From Eledone cirrhosa (lineage: Eukaryota), in contig OZ024744.1 in NCBI GenBank assembly GCA_964016885.1, forward strand, positions 79,856,001-79,920,000: a stretch of DNA of 64,000 nucleotides, in the 5' to 3' direction. Shown here piece after piece: positions 23,691 to 36,549 of this stretch. The notes under the pieces are model-generated. The model was given only the letters and a program-made list of their open reading frames with translations, searched no databases and was not told the DNA's origin. A program made the translations under genes and the position numbers. Within the stretch, counting starts at the first letter, position 1, and each line of letters opens with the position of its first letter.

Positions 23691-24654
23691 CACATTAGTT
23701 ATATTACTAAATTTCTCCATATCCTTGTTTATTTTGAAAATTAATTCAAAATCATATGCAGTGTATTTCATTAAAAATATGATAATGAATGGGTTAAGTC
23801 TCATATTAAAATAATCTATGTGGTCATTTGACCTGAAGATAGTAGCAAATTCTTTTAAATCATGCCATGCTATCATATGAACGGCAGGACATTTTGTACA
23901 ATGTAGCCATAAATATACAGACAACAACAAAAAACAAAAACATGATGGTCACATCTAGTATCATGATGGTTGCTAATTTAATAAAATCATAATAAATCTG
24001 CTCCAACAAGTCTGGCTTGGTCTAAACAACAACAACAACACCAACCACAGCAAATGTCTGCTTCGATTACATGTAACAAGAAAAACTACTGCTACTACTA
24101 CTACTACTAAAATCACCACCACCACTGCCATCACTGCTGCTGCTACTACTAATACACTACTACCACCAACACCACCTCCACTGTTACTACTACTACTACC
24201 ACCACCTTTGCTGCTGCTGCTACAACTACTGGTGCTACTACAACTACTAACACTACCACTTATTTTTTTATCTTGTCCTTTGTCTTTAATCTCTTGTGGC
24301 TAATAAATCATCACCATCATCATCATCATCATTGGTGGTGGTGGTGCTTATCAGAAATGATGGAACTACCATATTTGAAATTTCAAAAACGAGGCTACTC
24401 TGCAGAATCTAATATATAAATATATATGCTAGCGTGGAAGACAGACGTTAAACGATGATGATGATGATATACACATATATATATAATTAGAGTATGTGTT
24501 AGTGTATCACCAACACTTTAGTATGCAGGGTAGAGCACTCGACGAAGTACACAAGTGGGACTGTTCAGTGGAGTATAGTTATAATCATGAAGTAGAAGTC
24601 AACAGGTTATAATTCACTTCATTTATTCATAATCGCTGTTATATATATATATAT

Positions 24655-24780
24655 TTATGATTTCCATCAAATGAAACAGTTCTAGTCCTGTAGAAGCCAT
24701 TTCTATATTATATATTTATACTCTGCTATGTATTGAGTACCTTACTTACTGAGGTTACCCCCGATTGAACCCGAGATACA
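24655..24780 (+). mobile_element. short repeat family with degenerate hammerhead-like head
   Basis: atgaaacagttctagtcc.tagaagccatttctatatt..tattgagtaccttacttact; copies at 53638-53775, 45695-45935, 49541-49780. Confidence 0.6.
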
Positions 24781-25001
24781 CATATCTATACACACACACA
24801 CACATATATATATTGATTTCTTGCCAAAGAAGTTTCCCCACCACCAACACCACGCCATTAAATAAAAAATAAAAAACAACAAATTTATACAAATTTATAT
24901 TCCTGCGCAATATTGATGCCCCAAAAGGCATTAGAAATGTAAATAAAACAGAGACTTGTGGCTTTCTGCTCACTCCTCCTTCCCAGGACTATTTGTAGAA
25001 G

Positions 25002-25111
25002 TTTGGGAAGTTGCCTTGTCTTCTATGATTTGGGAAGTTGCCTTGTCTTCTATGATTTGGGAAGTTGCCTTGTCTTCTATGATTTGGGAAGTTGCCTTGT
25101 CTTCTATGATT
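25002..25111. repeat. 27-bp tandem repeat x4
   Basis: (tttgggaagttgccttgtcttctatga)4. Confidence 0.95.
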
Positions 25112-25253
25112 TGTATATAACAAAAACAGACTTTATTCTACAGATAAATGGAAATTTCCGAAACTATCTTTCTAACTGTCTCAAATGATTGGAATTAAAT
25201 TGTCATTAAATTGTGTTTCCAATCAATCGGTACAAATCTCAATATATCTATAT

Positions 25254-25421
25254 GAGACACTGCATCCTTTAAGGCCTCCATGCTTCCCGAGATCCGCCAA
25301 CAGAACAGCTAACACATACACACATCTACTTCCCTGACATTTGTGTATTATTCTATGTACTATATTGATGAGTTGTAGTGCACCTGAGCACTTTACACAA
25401 TAATTTCATTATTATTATTAT
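25254..25421 (+). mobile_element. CR1-like LINE 3' fragment
   Basis: gagacactgcatcctttaag..gagttgtagtgcacctgagcac..(tta)n. Confidence 0.75.
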
Positions 25422-25775
25422 ATAAATTTCTGTGATTCTGTCACAACACTTAAAGTGAGAGGAGTCTGCTGCCGTTTGCGTGAATGTATATATGTGTGTG
25501 TGTGTAAAAGGAAAGAAGGGGCGGTGAAAAAATGTATGTGTGTATTTGCGTGAATGTATGTCTGTGAGTGTGTATTTTTGTAAGCATGTCTATGTTTGCA
25601 CGTTTATATTTATATACTCATACATATAAATGCATGCATATGCACACACACACACATATACACATACGCGCCAATGTATGGAAAAACATTCTGGTTTATG
25701 TATATTGACACACTATTTGTCACTAAACCTTTCATTACCTTATTTTTAATCGCCTATGATTTCTAATGTTGGAAG

Positions 25776-25957
25776 CAGGGGCTGGATTAACTATTAAGCA
25801 AAATAAGCACATGCTTAGGGCGTTATGGGAAGAGGGGGACCAATTTATTCAAACTAATTGTATTTGTCATCTCCACCCCCACAATAATAAAAAAATATAT
25901 ATATTTTTGCAGTCTTTATATATATTTAGCATCTCAAAAAGACTTAATCCAGCTCTG
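25776..25957. mobile_element. hAT-like MITE
   Basis: TIRs caggggctggattaa / ttaatccagctctg; no TSD seen. Confidence 0.55.
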
Positions 25958-26139
25958 CAAGAAAGGTTTTGTATGTATGTATGGACCTGTAAACCCTGAT
26001 AGAGCCATGGGTGTACCCTAGAAATACAGTGAATTGTGGACATTTTAAACCTGGCAGAAGCCATCCCTCTGCAGGTCTAAACACAGCCAAGGGAGAGGTA
26101 AAGATCGATTCACTGATATTGTAACTCATAAATACCCTA

Positions 26140-26666
26140 TATACACAATATATATTCATTATATATACATTATATAAATACTATATATACACTATATATA
26201 TATCTGTATATATACACTATATATACATCATATATTTACTATATATACACTATATATATATATATACACTGTATATACATTATATATTTACTATATGTAC
26301 ACTATATAAACACACTGTATATACATTATATATACACTGTATATACATTATATATTTACTATATATACACTATATATATATATACTGTATATACATTATA
26401 TATTTACTATATATACACTATGTACAGTATATATTTATTATATATACACTATATACAGTATATATTTATTATATATACACTATATACAGTATATATTTAT
26501 TATATATACACTATATACAGTATATATTTATTATATATACACTATATACAGTATATATTTATTATATATACACTATATACAGTATATATTTATTATATAT
26601 ACACTATATACAGTATATATTTATTATATATACACTATATACAGTATATATTTATTATATATACAC

Positions 26667-26670
<4 letters not shown>
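26140..26670. repeat. AT-rich minisatellite (31-bp unit in the distal part)
   Basis: (tatacagtatatatttattatatatacacta)n. Confidence 0.9.
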
Positions 26671-26672
<2 letters not shown>

Positions 26673-26711
<39 letters not shown>

Positions 26712-26975
26712 AATATTGTGTACAGTGCTCAGGTGCACTACAACTCATCAAAAAGTGTATGTATAGTACATAGGGTAATGTACAAACATCAGGAAAATGA
26801 ACAGTGCATGAGTCATGATATACGCATGTCTGCATGTGTATGGAAGGGGTACATCAGGTGTAGTTTTGGCGTATTTCGGGAAGCATGAGTGTCTTAAAGG
26901 ATGCAGTATCTCGGCAGCTAACAACTGACGCAGGCAGTTTGTTCCATGCTTCAGCAACTCTGAGCGTGAAAAAAT
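26673..26975 (-). mobile_element. CR1-like LINE 3' fragment with (TTA)n tail
   Basis: Minus strand reads FTLRVAEAWNKLPASVVSCRDTASFKT, then 3'UTR. Confidence 0.85.
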
Positions 26976-26985
26976 ATATATATTT

Positions 26986-27924
26986 CATCATCATCATCAT
27001 CGTTTAACGTCCATTTTCCACACTAGCCTGGGTCCGGACGGGAATTGTCCCACATGAGGCAAGATTGGTTGTCTTGCTCGTATAGGACTGTCTGGCGGGT
27101 TTTCTACGGCTGGATGCCCTTCCTAACACCAACCACATTTACAGTGTGGGGCTGGGAGGTTTTTATCGTGTTGCCTACACGGCAACATTACAGCGTGGAC
27201 TGTGTGTCTTTTTGTCGTGACACCTACACGACCTCATTTGTTTAGGACTGGATGTTGTGGTACCAACATAACTTTACATCGAAAGGGGTGGTGTGGATGG
27301 GGTGGGGGTAGTGGGACGGGGATGTATTTTGGTAAGAGGTGCCTACTGACTGTAGGTTTCGCTTTGTACTTAGGCAAGGCGGGTCTTCTGTATTACTACG
27401 TAGCGCCAAAGATCTCGGTTCAGTGACATTGTCTTGGAGAGGTGTAAGTGTGTAAGGTCGGATTTTATCAAGTCGTCCCAGGTTTTTCTCGGTCTGCCTA
27501 CTCCGTAGCTACCGTCTATTTTGATCGCCCTGCACTTTTTTATACAGCTGTCATCTTTCATGCGCATCACGTGACCATACCAACGCAGTCTTTTCTCGAG
27601 TAAACAGCATCTGATTCCTCTTATTTCTAATTTCTCACTTAGTTCATTTATGATTTGCCGTTCGCGTATATTACTATTACACATCCAATGGAGCATGCAA
27701 GCTTCGTGCCTCTCCAGTCTGCGTAGATCCTCTGCACACAAGGCCCATGTCTCACTGCCATGTAACATAGCTGTTCGTATGCAGGCATCATACAGCCTGC
27801 CTTTCATTTTTAGAGAGAAACCTTTTGTGGCCAATAGTGGTATAAGCTCTCTGAACTTTTTCCATCCCGTTCGGACTCTAGCTACTGTACTTTCAGAGCA
27901 CCCTCCCCCACTGCTGATTTTGTC

Positions 27925-27925
<1 letters not shown>
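26986..27925 (-). mobile_element. 5'-truncated RTE, diverged subfamily of family A
   Basis: DKISSGGGCSESTVARVRTGWKKF...IQKTRLA*, 3'UTR and (GAT)n tail. Confidence 0.95.
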
Positions 27926-27956
<31 letters not shown>

Positions 27957-28039
27957 TATATATATATATATATATACACACATACGCAGACTATATATAT
28001 ATATACACACACACTATATATATATATATACACACACAC

Positions 28040-28072
<33 letters not shown>

Positions 28073-28120
28073 TATATATATATACACACACACTATATAT
28101 ATATATATACACACACACAC

Positions 28121-28156
<36 letters not shown>

Positions 28157-28247
28157 ATATATATATATATATATACACACACACTATATACACACACACA
28201 CACTATATATATATACACACACACTATATATATATATATACACACAC

Positions 28248-28279
<32 letters not shown>

Positions 28280-28405
28280 CGCAGACTATATATATATATA
28301 CACACACACACACTATATATATATATATACACACACACACTATATATATATATATACACACACTATATACACACACACACACTATATATATATATACACA
28401 CACAC

Positions 28406-28439
<34 letters not shown>

Positions 28440-28501
28440 ATATATATATATACACACACACTATATACACACACACACACTATATATATATACACACACA
28501 C

Positions 28502-28568
<67 letters not shown>

Positions 28569-28629
28569 CGCAGACTATATATATATATATACACACACAC
28601 ACTATATATATATATATACACACACACAC

Positions 28630-28663
<34 letters not shown>

Positions 28664-28842
28664 ATATATATATACACACACACTATATACACACACACAC
28701 ACTATATATATATATACACACACACACTATATATATATATATACACACACACACTATATATATATATATATACACACACACTATATACACACACACACAC
28801 TATATATACACACACACACACTATATATATATACACACACAC

Positions 28843-28873
<31 letters not shown>

Positions 28874-28985
28874 TATATATATATATATATATACACATAC
28901 GCAGACTATATATATATATACACACACACACTATATATATATATATACACACACACACTATATATATATATATACACACACACAC

Positions 28986-29017
<32 letters not shown>

Positions 29018-29358
29018 ATATATATACACACACACACTATATATATATATATACACACACTATATATATATATATACACACACACACTATATATATATAT
29101 ACACACACACTATATACACACACACACACTATATATATATATACACACACTATATATATATATATACACACACACACACTATATATATATATATATACAC
29201 ACACACTATATACACACACACACACTATATATATATACACACACACTATATATATATATATATATACACATACGCAGACTATATATATATATACACACAC
29301 ACACTATATATATATATATACACACACACACTATATATATATATATACACACACACAC

Positions 29359-29392
<34 letters not shown>

Positions 29393-29458
29393 ATATATAT
29401 ACACACACACACTATATATATATATATATACACACACACTATATACACACACACACAC

Positions 29459-29492
<34 letters not shown>

Positions 29493-29551
29493 ATATATAT
29501 ATATACATATATATATATACACAGACTATATATATATATACACACACACAC

Positions 29552-29585
<34 letters not shown>

Positions 29586-29714
29586 ATATATATATATATA
29601 CACACACACACTATATATATATATATACACACACACTATATATATATATATATATATACACACTATATATATATATATATATACACACACTATATATATA
29701 TATATACACACACA

Positions 29715-29791
<77 letters not shown>

Positions 29792-29799
29792 GCACACTA

Positions 29800-29846
<47 letters not shown>

Positions 29847-29872
29847 TATATATATATGTATACACTATATAT
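27926..29872. repeat. compound (TA)n(CA)n microsatellite array
   Basis: Alternating c(ta)n/(ca)n blocks with recurrent catacgcagac marker. Confidence 0.95.
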
Positions 29873-29894
29873 GATGTTCTCCAAGAGAAAGTTA

Positions 29895-30075
29895 AACGGC
29901 CAGTACAGATTGGTACCGGTGATGTCACAACTCATTTCTACAGCTGAGTGAACTGGAGCAACATGAAATAAAGTGTCTTTCTCAAAGACACAATGCATCA
30001 CCTGGTCTGGGAATCGAATACACAATCTCACAATTGCGAGTCTAACTCTCTAACCACTAAACCGCATGCCTTCAC
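29895..30075 (-). mobile_element. family-2 tRNA/CORE SINE
   Basis: Minus strand ggtttagtggttagagag..ttcgattccc..gtctttgagaaagacactttattt. Confidence 0.75.
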
Positions 30076-30170
30076 ATATCTATAAATACTTTAAAATAAA
30101 CAACTTTATATTGTAGGTTGTAGTTTCAGGTGGTTTGGTATTGAAAGGATTAAACTATGTTTCCACTCAC

Positions 30171-30221
30171 CAGGTACAGTTCTTAATATCTTCACAGACT
30201 CGCATTAAAAAAATAACATTT
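30171..30221 (-). CDS. candidate 51-bp host exon (xNVIFLMRVCEDIKNCTx)
   Basis: Acceptor caatttag, strong donor CTG/gtgagt, frame-preserving length. Confidence 0.35.
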
Positions 30222-30224
30222 CTA

Positions 30225-31670
30225 AATTGTACTTTAGAAAGGGATAACAATATTTTAACCCTGCAAGGGCCTAACAATAATTGTACCTTATAAGGGATTA
30301 AAAACAATTGTACCATACAAGGGGTTATAATTAATTGTACCCGACAAGGAGTTACAATAATTGTACCCTGCAAGGAGTTAACAATTGCACCATGCAAGGG
30401 GTTAATAATAATTGTACTTTAGAAGTTAATATTTGTATCACACAAGAGGTTAACAATAATTGTACCTTACAAAGGGTTAATGGTAATTGTACCCTATAAG
30501 GGGTTACCAATTAACTGTATACTACAAGGGGAAACAATTAATTGTACACTACAAGAGGTAAATAATAATGTACCTTACTATAATTAATGTATTCTGTATG
30601 TGGTTAACCATAATGTATTCTGAAGAGGTTTACTATAATTAATGTACCCTGTAGGAGGTTTACTATAATTTAATATACCCTGTAAGATTTACTATAATTT
30701 GATTATCCCTGTAGGAGGTTTACTATAATTTAATATACCCTGCAAGGGATTACTATAATTTAATGTACCCTGTAGGAGGTTTACTATAATTTAATATACC
30801 CTGTAAGGTTTACTATAATTTAATGTACCCTGTAGGAGGTTTACTATAATTTAATGTACCCTGTAAGGTTTACTATAATTTAATGTATCCTGTAACGTTT
30901 ACTATAATTTAATGTACCCTGTAGGAGGTTTACTATAATTTAATGTACCCTGTAGGAGGTTTACTATAATTTAATGTACCCTGTAGGAGGTTTACTATAA
31001 TTTAATGTACCCTGTAAATGGTTTACTATAATTTAATGTACCCTGTAGGAGGTTTACTATAATTTGATGTACCCTGTCAGGTTTACTATAATTTAATGTA
31101 CCCTGTAAGGTTTACTATAATTTGATGTACCCTGTAAGGTTTACTATAATTTAATGTACCCTGTAAGGTTTACTATAATTTAATGTACCCTGTAAGGTTT
31201 ACTATAATTTAATGTACCCTGTAAGGTCTACTATAATTTGATGTACCCTGTAAGGTTTACTATAATTTAATGTACCCTGTAAGGTTTACTATAATTTAAT
31301 GTACCCTGTAAGGTCTACTATAATTTGATGTACCCTGTAAGGGTTATTATAATTTAATGTACTCTGTCACGGATCAATGATGTTTAGATATACCCTATAA
31401 GTGGTTTACCATAATGTACCCTGTAAAGTATCCCCTACAATTTAATGTACCCTGTAAGGTATCCACTATAATTTAATGTACCATGAAAGGTCCTTACTGT
31501 AATTAATGTACCCTGTAAGTAGCTTACCCTAATGTACTCTGTAAGTGGTTTACTATAAATTAATGTACCCTATATGGGTTTACTATAATTTAATGTACCC
31601 TGTAAAGGGTCAAGCATAATTAGATGTACCCTGCAATGGAATAACAACCTAAATGTATCCTGTAATGAGA
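30225..31670. repeat. 28-31-bp minisatellite, homogeneous core with decayed edges
   Basis: (ggtttactataatttaatgtaccctgtaa)n. Confidence 0.95.
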
Positions 31671-31859
31671 TATTTCAAAAACCTCTGTGCCCCCCAAAGC
31701 ACTCATATACCCACAGGACAGCCCTGATCCAGCAGAACTATGATCAAAAAGGTTCTAACCATGACCATCCCGTCTTTGATTCAGATATATCTATTTCTAA
31801 ATTCAAAATTTAATTCATAAAGCAAAGAATGGCAATTACATCAAACCCTTCCGCAGTTC

Positions 31860-32205
31860 ATAACTGGTATTATTGTATTATATCAACTTCCCTTGTAATG
31901 ATGAAAGGCAAAGTTGACTTTGGTGGGATTTGAACTAAGAAAGTAAAGAGTTGGAACAAATACCAGAAGGTATATTTTCTGATGACAACAATTCTGCCAA
32001 TCAATCATCCTTGATAGGTGGATTGGCAGTATCAGTAGAGGGTCGGACGCCATGCTTTGACGCATAGAGTTACGGCCCTTGCCATTCTGAGTTCAAATCC
32101 CGCCGTGGTCAACTTTGCTTTTCATCCTTACGGGGTCGTTAAAATAAAGTACCAGTAATGTACTGAGATAATTACTGGCCTTGTGCCAAAAGTTGAAACA
32201 ATTAT
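31860..32205. mobile_element. head-to-head SINE pair (old - copy 31860-32005; young + copy 32018-32205)
   Basis: Family-1 motifs on both strands. Confidence 0.8.
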
Positions 32206-32331
32206 TAATAAAAGTAGTAGTAGTAGTAGTAGTAGCAGCAGCAGCATTAATGGTGGATGTGACAGTGGTTGTGTTAGTAGCAGCACAGCAATGAAGGTGG
32301 CAGTGGTATTATTATTAGTAGTAGTAGTAAC

Positions 32332-32380
<49 letters not shown>

Positions 32381-32589
32381 ACCATTATGATAAACAGCTC
32401 TGGGAATACCTTTTCAACCCAAGAATGACAGAAGCATCCATTTCCTTATGAAAATTCTAGCAAAACCATTGTTGCTCAACACACACACACAGAGTTATAT
32501 GTCATGGGATCATATCCAATACCCAAGATTGACTGACTAACACACACATAGAACATATATACACACACACACACACACAGAACATACAC

Positions 32590-32634
<45 letters not shown>

Positions 32635-32793
32635 TACATACATACTCATACATAAACACCCCTATTTGAGCGAGACATGGCCACCCGACACAACTTGCCT
32701 TAAAATAGGACCTGTCTAACCCATGCTAGCGTGGAAGATGGACGTTAGTCGATGATGATGATGATACATACACACATACAGAACATTATATAT

Positions 32794-32835
<42 letters not shown>

Positions 32836-33232
32836 CATAGACACACACATAAAGCATACATAAACAATAGCAACAACAACAATGACGACATTGGCACTGA
32901 GCACAGCTAATTTATGGAACAATTAAAGAAGGAAAGAAGAAAAAACGAATGAATAATTCTAGTAAATTCAATGAAAACAGAATTTTCTTGTGGAAACCAC
33001 CTCCATAAATAACTTTGGAATAAAATATGCATACAATAAAAAAATAATAGTGTAACCCCTTTGGTTACTATATTTGGTTACTATATTTAATTATTATATT
33101 TAATTACTATATTTAATTACTATATTTCAGTGGATGGGATTTTCAAATAATTTTGAAAATATTCAAAACATCTAGAGGAATTTAGTAATATAAGCAAGTT
33201 TCTCATTATTAATCTGCTGTTTGGAACACATT

Positions 33233-33405
33233 TTCCAGCCTGTGGCGTTTGAGACATTTGGGGAACTCAGGCTACTGACTGTAAGGTTCTTATCTTCACA
33301 GGCAGCATGCTTCACCAAGGTAACTGGTGATGCTCATGATGGTGCTTGACTGTTCCAATACATCAGCCTCGCCATCACCCAAGGTAACACTGTGAGCGTG
33401 CTGAC
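33233..33405 (+). pseudogene. CRE-clade retrotransposon RLE C-terminal fragment
   Basis: FQPVAFETFGELRLLTVRFLSSQAACFTKVTGDAHDGA*LFQYISLAITQGNTVSVL. Confidence 0.7.
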
Positions 33406-33747
33406 TTGTTTCGAAAATCATTAGAGAGGTCTTCCAGTGCTTCTTGTGATATCATTATCTTTTGTTCTGGCAGCGGTTCGTTTGTCCACCCCTTTCACCT
33501 GCCTTTTGTTGTATGGGGTCCTAGGTGTGTGTATTACCTGCTTGTGTGTGTTTTTTTCTTCCTTTTTTTCTTTTCCCTTTTCTTTCTCTTTTTTCAATTA
33601 TTTGTGAGTTCGTGCGAGAATTTGTGTGTATGTCAGAGTGTGTGTGTATGCAAGAATGTGTGAGTATGTGTGTGTATATATATATATATGTGGTTTTTCT
33701 CACATCTGTGATGTGAGAAAAACCACAGACCCTCCATCTCAACTCTA

Positions 33748-33783
33748 CTTTTGAAAAGCAGAAGAACTGCGAAACCGGTAAAG
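33748..33783 (+). ncRNA. variant minimal hammerhead ribozyme (U3-A8 core)
   Basis: CUU-UUGAAAA-GCAG-aagaa-CUGC-GAAAC-cg-GUA-AAG; palindromic ACCGGU stem III. Confidence 0.5.
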
Positions 33784-33854
33784 GAACCAAATAAATATAT
33801 ATATTTTTTTTTTAAATAAGACTCCAGTTGCATTTTCGATTTCATCTTTTTTTC

Positions 33855-33856
33855 TT

Positions 33857-33918
<62 letters not shown>

Positions 33919-35113
33919 TAGATATATATAGAGATATATATATATATATATATAGATATATATATATATCATCATCATCATCATCATCATCGTTTAACGT
34001 CCATGTTCCACGCTTGCATGGGTTTGGACGGGAGTTTTCCCACTTGAGGCAAGAGTGGTTGTCTTGCTCGCATAGGACATATATATATATATATATATAT
34101 AGATATATATATAGATATAGAGATATATAGAGATATATATAGATATATATATATAGATATATATTATATATATATATATATATATAGATATATATTATAT
34201 ATATATATATATAGATATATATTATATATATATATATAGATATATATTATATATATATATATAGATATATATATAGAGATATATATAGATATATAGAGAT
34301 ATAGATATATATTATATATATATATATATAGATATATATTATATATATATATATAGATATATATTATCTATATATATATAGATATATATTATATATATAT
34401 ATATAGATATATATTATCTATATATATATATAGATATATATTATATATATATATATAGATATATATTATATATATATATATAGATATATATTATATATAT
34501 ATATATAGATATATATTATCTATATATATATAGATATATATTATCTATATATATATAGATATATATTATCTATATATATATAGATATATTATCTATATAT
34601 ATATAGATATATATTTTCTATATATATATAGATATATATTATCTATATATATATAGATATATATTATATATATATATATAGATATATATTATATATATAT
34701 ATATAGATATATATTATCTATATATATATAGATATATATATAGATATATATTATATATATATAGATATATATTGATATATATTATATATATATATATATT
34801 ATATATATATAGAGATATATATTATATATATATAGAGATATATATTATATATTGATATATATTATATATATATATATATTATATATATATATAGATATAT
34901 ATTATATATATATATTATATATATATATATATATATAGATATATATTATATATATATAGATATATATTATATATATATATATATAGATATATATTATATA
35001 TATATATATATAGATATATATTATATATATATCTATATATATATATTATATATATATATATATATAGATATATTATATATAGATATATTATATATATATA
35101 TTATATATATATA

Positions 35114-35162
<49 letters not shown>

Positions 35163-35181
35163 ATTATATATATATTATATA

Positions 35182-35274
<93 letters not shown>

Positions 35275-35287
35275 ATTATATATATAT

Positions 35288-35341
<54 letters not shown>

Positions 35342-35371
35342 TATAGATAGATATATATATAGATATATATA

Positions 35372-35404
<33 letters not shown>

Positions 35405-35426
35405 GATATATATATAGATATATATA

Positions 35427-35457
<31 letters not shown>

Positions 35458-35472
35458 GATAGATATATATAT

Positions 35473-35510
<38 letters not shown>

Positions 35511-35551
35511 TATATAGATATATATATATTATATATATATATATATATAGA

Positions 35552-35600
<49 letters not shown>
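33855..35600. repeat. (TA)n-rich array containing a 110-bp RTE family A 3' fragment (33969-34078, -)
   Basis: (ta)n with tagata/tatta interruptions; RTE tail cgtttaacgtccatgttccacgcttgcatggg. Confidence 0.95.
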
Positions 35601-35601
<1 letters not shown>

Positions 35602-36164
35602 CGTTTCTGAATTTGTTTAGCAAGATTCTTTATCTGAAAACGTGTGTTGAAACCGATATTGTTATACTTTGGGAGGGTCATGTTGCCAATAAGAAACACA
35701 CGCACCAGTTGCTTTCACTTCAATTTATTATAATAAATTTATAAATTTCCGGCTGGTTGGTTGGTTCCACAACCAGATGGTTGTTTATATATTGTCAAAG
35801 TTCTTTCGTCACACATTCTGTGACCTCTTCAGTGACTGGGGATTCTTTTCTTTGTTTTTGTGCCTCTCCTTTGTTCTGTCCTCTTGTTTCTGTGCGTCAG
35901 AAACAAGAAACAAGATGGCGTAGGACAGAACAAAGGAGAGGCACAAAAACAAAGAAAAGAATCCCCAGTCACTGAAGAGGTCACAGAATGTGTGACGAAA
36001 GAACTTTGACAATATATAAACAACCATCTGGTTGTGGAACCAACCAACCAATCGGAAATTTATAAATTCCTAAATTTATAAATTTATTATAATAAATTGA
36101 AGTGAAAGCAACTGGTGCGTGTGTTTCTTATTGGCAACATGACCCACCCAACCAAAGTATAACA

Positions 36165-36168
<4 letters not shown>
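35601..36168. mobile_element. fold-back Penelope-like pLTR element with a hammerhead motif on each strand
   Basis: Arms 35657-35882 and 35922-36168 are inverted; motifs at 35794-35836 (-) and 35968-36010 (+); flanked by (TA)n. Confidence 0.75.
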
Positions 36169-36200
<32 letters not shown>

Positions 36201-36549
36201 AAGAGGGAGAGAGAGAGAGAGAAAGAGAAAGAGAAAGAGAAAGAGAGAGAGAGAGAGAGAGAATATCCACTTTTTGTGTGTATGTATGTGTTATCTGCAA
36301 GGGTTAAAAAATTACCTAACATAGGACTTTCATTAAATCATATTTTAAAGAAAGAAAAGACGTGTGTATACACACCCACAGGCTTCCCCCCCCCCCCCCA
36401 CACACACTCTCTCTCTCTCTCGCACACACACTCTCGCAAACACACACGCTTGATCTAACAAGAGTGTTTATTGATTAACGTAATGCCGATGAAACATATT
36501 GGAACTATACGAAGAACAGTTGATTAGATGAGTTTATCAATGGCAGCAT

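Noticed and set aside
27650-29947. 765-aa ORF on +
   Set aside because: It is antisense RTE sequence running into a stop-free (TA)n(CA)n microsatellite; the Y/I/H/T peptide is an artefact
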